The notes beneath the pieces were generated by a model, which was not told the DNA's origin, searched no databases, and was given only the letters and a program-made list of their open reading frames with translations. A stretch of DNA of 57,889 nt, the filler included, from Piptocephalis cylindrospora (lineage: Eukaryota): NCBI GenBank assembly GCA_003614145.1. It is 2 parts of 2 records of this genome, joined end to end, with 100 filler letters (N's around TTAATTAATTAA, not from the genome) between each part and the next. Parts side by side here need not be neighbours in the genome. Positions count along the whole stretch, not along the records: positions 1 to 29,147 come from KZ987758.1; positions 29,248 to 57,889 come from KZ987759.1. One strand, 5' to 3'. Within the stretch, counting starts at the first letter, position 1, and the number at the start of each line of letters is the position of its first letter. Made by a program: the position numbers and the translations under genes. Below, one piece after another: positions 24,667-37,057 of this stretch.

Positions 24667-25629
24667 CTAACTGGTCATGAGGGATTGGGCCACGCTGGTC
24701 CACTGCAGGCTTCCTATATCATTTTCACAGGCATATAGACCACCATTGCTGTGAAGACATGTCCAAAGCCCATGGAGGGCAGCTTGGTAACTGTTAATGT
24801 GGAAGGCATTATCAGGACCGTTGGGGACATCGGTGGTAAACCAGAGGGTGGAGGCAAATTTGTCGAACTTGTTGGCAATATCGGGATCATTCAGGTCAAG
24901 CTTGGCCTTATTGGCATTGGCCTGTTCATCCGTCACAGCAGAGTTGGGGAACATGATATCGGCAAATCCGTCCATATTGCACTCACCCATGGTGGGGACA
25001 GCGCCGATTTGATGGTACTCAGTGACTTTGGTATGATCGTTCGGATCAGGGATGCGATCGAGAGCACGACTGGTCACACAGCTATTGTTCCCGTTCAGGG
25101 TCATCTGGAAGACGGGGACATAGTTAATATTGGTTCCCTGGATGTGAGGATCAACGGCAGCCCACCGCAAATCCCACTGAACCCCAAGGCCATTGTCATA
25201 TTGAGGAATAGTGGTGAAGCCACGATCATCACTATGGGCCAAGGTAGAAGTGTTGGCGAAATCCCGGAAGATCACACGACGAGGGAAGGTTTGCATGGGC
25301 GGCGTTCCAGAAAATTCGTCGCCATTGTTCATCCGATGAAAATCGGGATACTCACTCTGGGGCTTGGTATGATCCAAGGATGCGTCATTCGGGTCTCCGT
25401 AGAGGATAGCAGTAGATGGAATGTACATCGAGGGGAAGGCCATACCAGGAACGGCCGGGGAAGGTCGGGAGGTTGGACGATACATGAGTCTCCCTGTCCC
25501 ACTATCTCGCAGCTCGCCAGAGACGCCTGAACGGTGATGGTCTCGGTAAGAAGGCTGGGGACTTCCCATGGCGACGGAAGCCAAAAGAAGTGCAAGGGTA
25601 GCTTGTACCATATGGGCTGAACGGATCAT
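24667..25629 (-). CDS. Secreted protein, possible degenerate ricin-B (beta-trefoil) lectin domain
   Basis: Signal peptide ...ATLALLLASVAMG; C-terminal pattern SCVT...MGEC...LW and TCLH...LYAC...LQW; TATAAAA upstream at ~25878-25885 on the minus strand. Confidence 0.75.
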   Translation of the reverse strand: MIRSAHMVQATLALLLASVAMGSPQPSYRDHHRSGVSGELRDSGTGRLMYRPTSRPSPAVPGMAFPSMYIPSTAILYGDPNDASLDHTKPQSEYPDFHRMNNGDEFSGTPPMQTFPRRVIFRDFANTSTLAHSDDRGFTTIPQYDNGLGVQWDLRWAAVDPHIQGTNINYVPVFQMTLNGNNSCVTSRALDRIPDPNDHTKVTEYHQIGAVPTMGECNMDGFADIMFPNSAVTDEQANANKAKLDLNDPDIANKFDKFASTLWFTTDVPNGPDNAFHINSYQAALHGLWTCLHSNGGLYACENDIGSLQWTSVAQSLMTS

Positions 25630-26732
25630 CTTGCTGGGACGGGATGGAAGTGGTTTGGTGGGCAGGTGGTAGCAAAAAGCCAAATGGGAAGATGATAGCA
25701 AAGGGTCAAGTGATTCGGACTGACAGGACCAGCTTGTCAGGAGATGGGGATGATGTTTAGGTGGAGATATGGAAGGGGAAGGAAGAGGGGGGAGCGAGTT
25801 TGGAGAAAGAAGAGGAGGAGGGGGTTTGAGAAAAGAAATATTTGAGGAGGCGGGAGATAGGATAGCATGACCCTAGGGTTTTATAAGTGACAGCTGGCCC
25901 TTTGACTTACAGGCCAACCAGTAGCGGCTGGGAATCGGAGCCCTACCGGAGTCTCAAATAAATATGTATATATGGCGGTGTTTGTATTTGGGGGAGCGGA
26001 GTTGCACCTCCATGGGGTTTATAGTTTTGGGTTTGGTACAAGTGAATCAATAGGGTAACCACAACATAAAGATGAGGAGGTCAGGAGACCATAGAGCTGA
26101 ACATCCTATCCCTGTCCTCAAATCGAGTCCATAGGGCAAATGAATGATCGCTTGATCTAGATCTATTCTACCACTATAGCCCACTTACCCGTTTTAGTCG
26201 TATTGGGAGGAGCGCAGTTAGGTATGGTGAGGCCAGCATGCACAGGAGGGGAAATGCTGGCAGTTTTAGAGTATCTTTGGTTGTCTTGTATAGAGCAGCC
26301 CACCACTCTCTTAAGACATGATTTAGGTGGGAGAGAGTGAGCGAGAATACGAATCGATTTTGATAACCTAATCCAGAACAAAAGCATGGACGGATCTGAT
26401 GAGATGCTGAAATCCCCTTAAGTTTACAATCGAACTGATGTAGTTAGATATAGGACTGTTTAGGGCAATGACCCAATTTTTTGGACTGGTCATGATTTGC
26501 AATGATGAATTGATAATCAGTGAAAAAGATTTGAGTCTACTTGTAAGAGAGTTTCTGTTGACAGCTCCGCGTGTGTGGGGATTACCCTTATCTGCTAGCA
26601 CTGTGCGCCCAAGAGGCTTAGACGCCGTCTAGGGAGAGGAATATGCCTTGGTCTAGAGGTGTGAAAGGCTATCCACAGCGGTACCTTCGTGTTCCTCTCC
26701 ATCCTCTTCCACTTGATCCTACCTTCCTCTCC

Positions 26733-27549
26733 ATGGCAGACAGCGAGTTTTACCTCCGTTATTAGTAAGATCTACCGTGCTATCTGTGCGGTAGCATCTA
26801 CTGATCTCTTTCCCACTCCATAGCACGGGCCATCAGGGCCGACACGGACACGAGTTCCTCGAGTTTGAGATTATTGGTGAGACGGGTAAACTGAGGTACG
26901 CCAACAATTCCAACTACCGGAACGAATCCATCATCCGGAAGGAGAGTAAGTTACGGGAGGGAGGGAGGCGTATGCTGGTCCTTGATGAAGCTGACGCGCT
27001 TTGCTCCACGCGGCAGTTTACGTAACTCCCTTGTTGCTTGAGCAAGTCAAGTCCATTGTCCAGGAAAGCGAGATTCTAAAGTTCGTCTTGAGTATTGTCC
27101 GGGGCGCAGGATCAGACCTTTTATGATTGACTCATCCCGTCTTACTTGCGTGAATAGAGAGGATGATCAGCAATGGCCTCGAAAGAACATTTCCGGTCGA
27201 CAGGAACTGGAGGTTCGATTGGGCAATGAGCACATTTCCTTTGAGGTTCGGCTTGTGATTTGAATGTATAGGGAGGGGGGGGTCCAGAAGATCTTACTTA
27301 TCCAATACCCCATTACCTTTATTCTGAGCATAGACGGCCAAGATCGGATCGTTGGTGGATGTGCAAGAGTGTGAAGATCCCGAGGGCCTCCGGGTGTTTT
27401 ATTACCTCGTCCAAGACCTCAAGACCCTGGTCTTTTCCCTCATCAACCTGCACTTTAAGGTATGTACTCGGGAGAGGAGATAGAAGGAAGTGACCTATGG
27501 GTAACCTCCATCCACTGTTCATTCTTTTCTGCAGATCAAGCCCATCTAA
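26733..27549 (+). CDS. MAGO: Mago nashi, exon-junction-complex core protein (6 exons; missed by the ORF track)
   Basis: Spliced translation [26 protein letters not shown]...[16 protein letters not shown]...EDDQQWP...[47 protein letters not shown]...LHFKIKPI. Confidence 0.96.
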
Positions 27550-27663
27550 ATTATGCATGACAATGAGGATGTGATGAGGAAGAGATGGAAAGGCCGGGAA
27601 AGAAATGAGCGAGCAGAAAAAAGAACACAATTAAAGGATGAGTTTTTTCTATTTCAATATTCC

Positions 27664-29147
<1,484 letters not shown>

Positions 29148-29247
29148 NNNNNNNNNNNNNNNNNNNNNNNNNNNNNNNNNNNNNNNNNNNNTTAATTAAT
29201 TAANNNNNNNNNNNNNNNNNNNNNNNNNNNNNNNNNNNNNNNNNNNN
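29148..29247. other. Artificial scaffold gap: 44 N + TTAATTAATTAA + 44 N
   Basis: Exactly 100 bp, with a palindromic linker at 29192-29203 that gives stop codons in all six frames. Confidence 0.95.
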
Positions 29248-30055
29248 AAAGAAAGTGACCCGACCGTCGGAGAACAAGGCAGATATATAAAGAATTGACG
29301 GAGGGAAGGGCTAGGGGAGGTGGGGGGAAAATTGGGGGGGTGTGAAGAACCGGGGGAGGAAGAGGGTGGGGGGGGGGTGTTTTGTGGGTGTGAGCAGAAG
29401 AGAAAGAAAAAAAAAAAAAAGGGGGAGATATAAAAGCCCCCCCCCCCCCCCCCCCCCCCATTTATCCTTTCATCCATCTCAGCAAGATATATTGATAGGA
29501 ATAGGTGGGTAAATAGGAATGATCAAGACAGGTGTGGGGGAGTTCCATGTAAGGAGATTCATTGTCCCGTGGTGTATCAAGCCAGCCCTAAATCCCCCCG
29601 CGCTTCATTCGAACGACGTACTAAACAGTACATCGACCCTGCACTCCTTTCCCACCCATAGAGTGGGTGTTTGGACAAATGGACGAGCATTCATTAGTCT
29701 AGTAACCTTCGGCGAGATACATAATCAGCATCAAGAGCCCTACTCATTCGTTCTGCCCACTCTATAGCCCTCATTGTCAAGATATATCCCGTCACAGGGA
29801 GACATACCCTTTCCCAAGGTAGAGGGATCCAAGCTAGGTCCCGTCCATGTTGTCCTGACACAGTTCGCCGACTGGGTCAGTCTGGGTGGCCGTCGCTCAT
29901 TCAAAGGGTCCTGTAATATCTGTGTAGTGGTGATGGTAGTGGCCCCGCAGACCCATGCACACACACATCGCTCAACTATACACCAACACAGATAGGCAAC
30001 AAGCTCGCCTTGCCCCAAGGCGGCACTGTCACCTCACAGTATCTTTTGTTCCTTT

Positions 30056-30088
30056 AACAACAACAGCAACAACAACAATAACAACAAC
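30056..30088 (+). repeat. Imperfect (AAC)n microsatellite
   Basis: aacaacaacagcaacaacaacaataacaacaacg. Confidence 0.8.
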
Positions 30089-31246
30089 GAGCGCAACCCT
30101 TCCCCCAAACAACCCATGCAGCCACCACAAGCACAATCGGGAAGAGGAGGAAAATCCCGAGGAGGACACCGGGGAGGCGGAGGAGGTGGGGGTCGAGTGC
30201 GAGGGTAGGTGGACGACTTGGGTGAGGGGAGCCATTGACCCTTCTCACCCGCCTAGACCACTATTTCTTTCCCCATAGAGCCCCACAAGCCTTTCAATAT
30301 GAGATGGCTCCGCTCACCGATGACAACATGTCCAAACCACCTGTTGTGTAAGTGATTCGTGAAAAGGGCCAGTGGACCCCTCTCAGCTAAACCCTCCCTC
30401 CTTTACACCTCTCATGACTAGTTCCATGGCATTGGAAACGGTGGTCTGGAGGGCAGATCGACACTTTGGTTCTCGACCCAAGGATCCCCGTGCTAATCGC
30501 GGAGGGGTAAGGCAAGGGGGAAGGAGGCGGATGGGCGCACGGATCATCACTCATCCCTCCCTCATCTTTGCGCAGAGTCATTCGGATGGCCCAGTCAAGC
30601 GCTCCCATGCCCATATGAAGACCACTGTCAACTTTTCTGCTCAGCATTACAGATTTGGTAACTCTATCCTCCCTTCCATCCCACTCCCTCAATAGGTGGG
30701 GTGAGTTGGCAAGAGCGTGGGGACGAGGTCCTTTTCATTTCCCCTACACCACATGTTCTATATGGATGCGTTTTTCTCCTTTGAATTCGCACATCATGGT
30801 GGAAAGTAGGCTATAGTGCTGTGTGATGCGGTGCAGTGCATCACCTCGATATATCAACGCACACTAGCCCGAATGACTCTCCCGATTCAGTCTCTCGGCT
30901 GACTACCCTCACCTTCTATGGGATGACCTTTTCGCATCAGGGATATCCATCCTGACAAGATATGTTGTTAAAGAGGAGCATATACATGGACAGTGTGAAG
31001 CTCTTCCCGCATCAAATGCTCGTCATGACACACGCGGAGTGCATCAGACTATAAGAAAGACACGCTCGTTCCAGGTCAGCTGGGTCCATCCTGCATCCCA
31101 CAGCCTGTTTCATTCCCACCACAACATACCCGTGCTTTCTATCCTGTTCAGTCGAGTGATCTGTACCCTTTTTCCCCTCTCTCCTCCTCTAGCCAAATCC
31201 CCTACGACAAAGCCTCGACCCCTTAGTTACCGACACGCTTTCTAGG

Positions 31247-32867
31247 ATGCTTCGGATCCCACGCTGCCTTCCTCGCTCCCCCATTCCCCCGGTTATTCGG
31301 ACTCTGCGTGCTGTGCACTTGGAAACCTCAGCCACTTTCGCCTATCAAACTCCCCGATCGGCCTACTCGACTGCCAGGGTAACTATTGAGTCCCTTTCCA
31401 GGAGCTAACCCATACAGTCTCTCTCTCTTTACGCTCACCTCCTCCATCCCAGGAGCGTATCGAAAAAATGGATGCAGAGGAGCCCTACGTGTCCCCCCTC
31501 TTCGATCAGCATAACCGATTTCATGATTACCTTCGCATCTCCTTAACCGAACGATGCAACCTACGATGTAAAGTCCTGTTAATTCTCTCACCTTTTTCCT
31601 CATCCCTTGCTTAATCCCTTACCATGGCCCACACCCCATCGAATAGGTACGTATTGTATGCCAGAGGAGGGTGTTCAGCTCACTCCATCAGAAAAACTGC
31701 TGTCCCGGGAAGAAATTGAGCGTGTGGCTCGACTATTCGTCTCCAAGGGCGTCCGTAAAATTCGGCTTACAGGAGGGGAGCCCACTGTTCGAAAGGACCT
31801 TCTTGATATCGTTGGTATGTAATTCGCCCACTCCTACGAGGATCTGAGGATTCTCCTCACCTTCCCCTGTTTGTCTCAGCATGGAACTTTTTTTGTTAAA
31901 CTTCCCTCCACTTTTACTAATCATATTCTTATCCCCCTCTCCTCCTTCAATAATTAACTACTAGAATCCCTCGCACAGTTAAAGTCTCAAGGGTTGGAAT
32001 CCTTGGCCATGACTACAAACGGTATTGCCCTCCGTAGGACTGCTGAACCCTTGGCCCTTGCTGGTCTCGACACCCTCAATGTCAGTCTTGACACCCTGGA
32101 TCCCCACAAGTACGTCCTCATGACCAGGAGAAAGGGTCTAGAGAGGGTTTTGGAGAATCTGGAGAGGGCCTCCTCCATGGGTATGCAAACCGTCAAGATC
32201 AACTGTGTTATCATCCGAGGCGTCAATGATACCGAAGTGACGGACTTTGTCGCTCTGACCAAGACCTGGCCCATCTCCGTTCGCTTCATCGAGTACATGC
32301 CCTTTGGAGGTAAGGGTTAAATGGTCGTTACCCGCACTCCTACGGGATAGTCCCTATGAGACGACTTCTCACACACCTTTTCATCCCAAACACTAAACGA
32401 AATAGGAAATCGCTGGGAAAAACGAAAACTGGTTCCTTACAAGGAGCTCCTTAATCGGATAGAGGAGAGATTTGGGAAAGTGGAAAAAATCCTGGACGAT
32501 CCCAATGATACCTCCAAGGGCTTTCGTGTCCCTGGATATGCTGGTACCATCGGATTCATCTCCTCCATGACCAATCACTTCTGTGGAACCTGCAATCGAC
32601 TTCGCATCACCGCTGACGGGAACTTGAAGGTACCCTTTCCTCCATCCCCATCCTTTCCCCACCCCACCCCACTTACTCATCCATTCCTAGGTGTGTCTCT
32701 TCGGGGACAATGAGATTAGCCTACGGGATGCCATGAGGTCCGGGATGACAGATGGTCAGTTGCATCAGTTGATCAGCGACAGCGTCAAGCGCAAGAAGAA
32801 GCAGCACGCCGGCATGGATGTCTTGGCCAACTCTCCCAACAGGCCCATGATCCTCATTGGAGGCTAG
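31247..32867 (+). CDS. MOCS1A: GTP 3',8-cyclase (MOCS1A/MoaA/Cnx2), radical SAM enzyme with mitochondrial presequence, 6 exons
   Basis: [19 protein letters not shown] (CxxxCxxC), [36 protein letters not shown] (second Fe-S cluster) and C-terminal RPMILIGG*. Confidence 0.95.
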
Positions 32868-32929
32868 GGTCATGGAGGAGGGAGGGGTGGGATAGAGAGA
32901 GTGTGAGAGGTAGTAGTGGTAAATCGGTC

Positions 32930-33622
32930 ATGAAGAGATCCAAAGGAGTATCTCCTTATCACTCCACCTCATTGTCATGGTCCCGATCAGATTGGGTCAA
33001 TAGTAGCTCGCTCTCTCGAATTTCTGGGAAGCCTCTATCCAATCCCTGGGCCCCTCTTTTCATTCCCCATCAAACTCATAGGGCCTATTCAAATCGTCTA
33101 AGTCACATTGACCAACATACCGGGGAAGCCAAGATGGTGGATGTAGGGGGAAAGGATATAACTCGAAGGATGGCCCGGGCGAGGGCACGTATCTCCCTCG
33201 GGGTGGAGGCCTACCGTCAAGTCAAGGAGAATACCAATGTCAAAGGCGATGTTCTTACCGTTGCCAAGATTGCCGGAATTCAAGCGGCCAAGCAAACTGC
33301 CTCCCTCATCCCTCTTTGCCATCCTTTGGCCCTGACCAAGGTGGATGTGGCCTGTCGACTTGTGTGGAACGAGGCCAATGAAGTGGAAGGGAAGGGCCTG
33401 GTGATCATTGATTGTATGGCTCAATGCACTGGCCCCACCGGTGTGGAGATGGAGGCCCTCACCGGGGCTACCGTCGCCGCCCTCACTGTCTTTGACATGT
33501 GTAAGGCCGTTGGCCGCAACATGGTCATCGAGCACGTCAGTGTCCTGGAGAAAACCGGGGGTAAAAGTGGGCACTTTCTGCCCGATGATTCCGACATCGA
33601 ACGTGGGTTGGGGGATGATTAA
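32930..33622 (+). CDS. MOCS1B: Cyclic pyranopterin monophosphate synthase (MOCS1B/MoaC/Cnx3); 5' end uncertain, probably spliced to MOCS1A at 32991
   Basis: LSHID, MVDVGGK, KGDVLTVAKIAGIQAAK, LIPLCHPL, TGVEMEAL, DMCKAV, EKTGGKSG. Confidence 0.92.
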   Translation: MKRSKGVSPYHSTSLSWSRSDWVNSSSLSRISGKPLSNPWAPLFIPHQTHRAYSNRLSHIDQHTGEAKMVDVGGKDITRRMARARARISLGVEAYRQVKENTNVKGDVLTVAKIAGIQAAKQTASLIPLCHPLALTKVDVACRLVWNEANEVEGKGLVIIDCMAQCTGPTGVEMEALTGATVAALTVFDMCKAVGRNMVIEHVSVLEKTGGKSGHFLPDDSDIERGLGDD

Positions 33623-33808
33623 AATTTTTCGTTAGGAATGGATCTGATTGATTTTTTTGGGTATTAGGTGATCACCAATCGGCCATAACAATAACAACCT
33701 CATCACCAATTCAAATGATAATAGTACGAATGAGGGAGAATAAGCCACGAATTTACTTCATCCCGTCTTCAAAACACCATCCTATCTCTATCATCTCGAG
33801 GTTCTTAT

Positions 33809-34753
33809 TTATAAAACACCCGAGGACATGCCTTGGGGAAAGAGCTGAACATCGCCGTCGGAGAGGTGGTAGTGCCAGGTCGATGCTTGGAACCATCCAT
33901 CCATGTTTCGAGGTCCACGGGTCAAGGTGAGCTAGAAGACATAGGGCGAGGGCTATGAGTATTGAGTGTAATAACATATACCATTATATGATTACACATA
34001 ACAGCATATCATTATCAAGTACATCAGAAAATACCTGTCCATCCACATCTCGGGCCTTCCCACTACTGAGGGCCTGGACAGTTAAGAGGATGTCCGCACG
34101 ATGCACTGCTTGTCGAAGGCATCGGTCGTACCCCCCTTCCTGGTCAGTCAGAAGGGCCTCATCGGTTCTCCATCGACTGATCAACACTCCATTCACCTAT
34201 AGAACCAATTGGTATTTTGTTTTTCTTTTAGAACAAGACTGATCTTCTTATAGCCTCCTAGCACATATACACAACTCACCTGATTCATCAGGCTCACACA
34301 AGCATCAAGGAGCTCGCAAAGTGATTCTGGGGAGGTACCAAGGTCTAAAAGGGTATCCACATCGTCCAGAATCAAACAAGGAGGTTTGGATGATGCTTTT
34401 TGGGAGAGGATGCGTTGGGAAAACTCCTGGAAAAGCTGATCTATCGCAATAGATCCAGACATATCCTGGATGTGTGCTGCTCTTCCATCTACTAGGACCA
34501 AGTCCCCCTTCTCCTGGGCTGAGACTAGAGGCACAGTCAATTTGCGGCCAATATTTGCATAGTGGGACCAAGGATGGGTGCAGCTGAAAAGGACCGTCGG
34601 CTGTCCTGCCTGGACGGCATGAGCCAGGAGCGCGTGCACAAGAAACCCGCCATCGGCATGCAGCGTGTTGAGGATCTGAAAGTGTCGACCCTGGGGCAAG
34701 GGCCCTTGCCCATCCGGGAAGTGGAATGCTGTATGAAGGGCAGAGAAGACCAT
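33809..34753 (-). CDS. ELP6: Elongator complex subunit 6 (3 exons)
   Basis: DGGFLVHALL, SHYANIGRKL, LILDDVDTL, HRADILLTVQALSSGKARDVDGQL and terminal VQLFPQG, the pattern of RecA-like Elp6. Confidence 0.85.
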
Positions 34754-35073
34754 CGAATTGAGGGGAGAGAGGAACAACAGATCAAGTAGAAAGGAGGGAT
34801 GGATTGGCAATCGATGAATTTAGGCCTGGGCTTTTAGGGACCCCTCCATTCTTTAGATATCACACACAAAATCGGACATAATAACAGCGCCCAGCCATCC
34901 TTAGGAATTAGTGCACGATGTATGGAGATAAAGTACGGATAGGGCAAATTGGTTGCAAGCTGCTTCAATACACTACAAAGCCTGCCCAGGTCATGCGGGT
35001 GGATTTTTCTCTCCTCTGCCCCCAAAATACATTGACTCCTCGCTCATACCAAGTACATATGTAAGAATTTACA

Positions 35074-37057
35074 TCATAAGGAGGCCAAATCAAAGATTCC
35101 AAGGGGCTCACCAACTTTAACACGTCGCTTCCGCTCATTCCTCGCCTTATCCTTGAGCTGCACCTGCGTCTTCCCCGCAAGCAGCCCCGACGTCCCACCG
35201 TACCGTGACAGGATGGCGGCCCACGATGTCCCGTATTCCTCCATCCCCTTCTCCAGACAATCGGTCTGTCGAGGCGTCCATGCAAGCCGAGTGCGCTTCC
35301 GTTGGTTACGTCTAGGAGAGGATGAGGAAGGGGGTTGGATGGGAAAGGGGATTCGACGACCCTTTTGACTCGACGGTGCCTTCTCAGAGTAACTCTGATC
35401 CTCATGGAGTTGGCGACGGGATGCGGCCGTCCCATCCTCTTGCTCTTCATCAGAGTCAAAGGTGAGTGGAGGAAGGGGCGTCATTCTTTTCGTCGGCGTG
35501 TAAGGAATGTTTGCAGCACCTTTTATGGCCTCTTCTGACAACACCTCATTAGACGCATCCATAATCACTCTTCGGTAGACACCCCTCCGCTTCTTCATCG
35601 CAGGGGAAGTCCGGGGGGAGGCTGGTCTATCACGCTTTCTAAACTGCCTCTCCTCAGTAGAAGAAGGGATAGGGGGGCTGACAACCCCCTCCACATCCCT
35701 TTGATTATCTATATCACCCCTGAGACGAAAATAGAGTAAGAGCTGTTTAGTGATTATCAATAAACCAGTAAAGGCAAAAAGTATGGCTTACTCAAATAGA
35801 TCTTCCTCGGTAGCAGAGCCCGCTAGTTCTCCCTCTTTTTCCCCCATTTCGGGAGTAGCGCTCTCCACATCACCTCTCCTCCTCATTCTCCTCACGTGAT
35901 TGAAGGCGTCTGAAGGAGGTACAATATCAATGTCCACATAGACTTCCTCGGAATCCACGATTCGCTCATCCAGCTCCTCCACGGCCAATTCCGCTCCAGC
36001 CTTATCGACAGCACGACTTCATGGGAATCAGGGAGATGAGAAAAATAGCGCGTTTACTCAGCCTAAGCCTATTAAGGCGTGCTTTCCTCCTCCAACACAT
36101 ATTCGTAAATCACTCACCTTGGTCGGTGTGCGAGCTGTCGCTTTCGATAAATGTTCTTGAGAGCCTGGACAAGGCTAGACATGTCCTCTTCTGCCTCCTC
36201 TCCTTCTTCCCTATTTCTCAAACTCTCTTCAACTTCCTCCGCCACAGAATCCAATATGATCGAGACCTCCTTGGTTGACATCGAGCGTAGTCCTCGCAGG
36301 AAACATGCAAGCTCCTTTAGGGTCCTATGTACCGTAGATGATCACGATGAGAGGAGGGTAGATAGATCTGAAGACATAACCACTCATATGCACACCCTAC
36401 TCCACTATTGACGTGGCTTACAATCGTGCGAAAGGCTGCTCGATCAAAGATTCATCCTCAAAGATCGACGAACTGATTACACCAGGGGGGGATGCTGGTG
36501 GAGGCTCCATCATGTTCTCCAGGACGTCCCTCCCCTTCCCCTTTTCCCTGAGATCGGGATTCCCATGCGGCTGTTCCTCATCATTTCTCGCTTTAGTCCC
36601 AAGGTGCTGTTCTGAGGCTGAGTCGTCCTCACGCTCGAGATCTAATGTAGCGCTTGACCTTGCAGTTAGATCATGGGTCGTGATATCTGGATCCTGGGGT
36701 TCCTCGCGAAAAAGCGCGTCATCGGATGACCCTTCAGATCCCAAAGTGAGATCCAATTGGCTATCCATCTGGGTAAACAGGGGCTCAACCTGTGCTCCGA
36801 ACATGTTTTTCATGCTAAAGTGTGGAGGAGGGGCAGCGCGAGAACTAAAAGAGGATGCAACTGTGCCTTGAAGTGGGAAAAGGAAAGAGATGAAATAAGG
36901 TGAAAAAGGAAAGTGTAGAGAAGCAAGGGATAGGGCAGACATGAACAGGTTACCTATACTTATACGTCTCGTTGGTGCTGGGCTCCAGTTGGGTCTGTTT
37001 ACCTTTTGGTTCACACCTCACATCCTTTTGTGGCTTGGGTGTGCACCACTCATCCAT
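35074..37057 (-). CDS. Telobox (Myb) telomere-repeat-binding protein, Tbf1/TRF-like, multi-exon; 5' exons uncertain
   Basis: C-terminal WTPRQTDCLEKGMEEYGTSWAAILSRYG...KTQVQLKDKARN telobox; acidic upstream exons at ~35790-36010, 36115-36330 and 36420-36860. Confidence 0.75.

Noticed and set aside
29192..29203. TTAATTAATTAA palindrome as a biological site
   Set aside because: It is centred in symmetric N runs and is an artificial six-frame stop linker
29300..29460. G/C/A homopolymer tracts as G-quadruplex or regulatory elements
   Set aside because: They are adjacent to the gap and typical of low-quality read ends
30029..30248. Small ORFs with poly-Val or poly-Cys tails
   Set aside because: These are translations of the (AAC)n microsatellite with no other coding support
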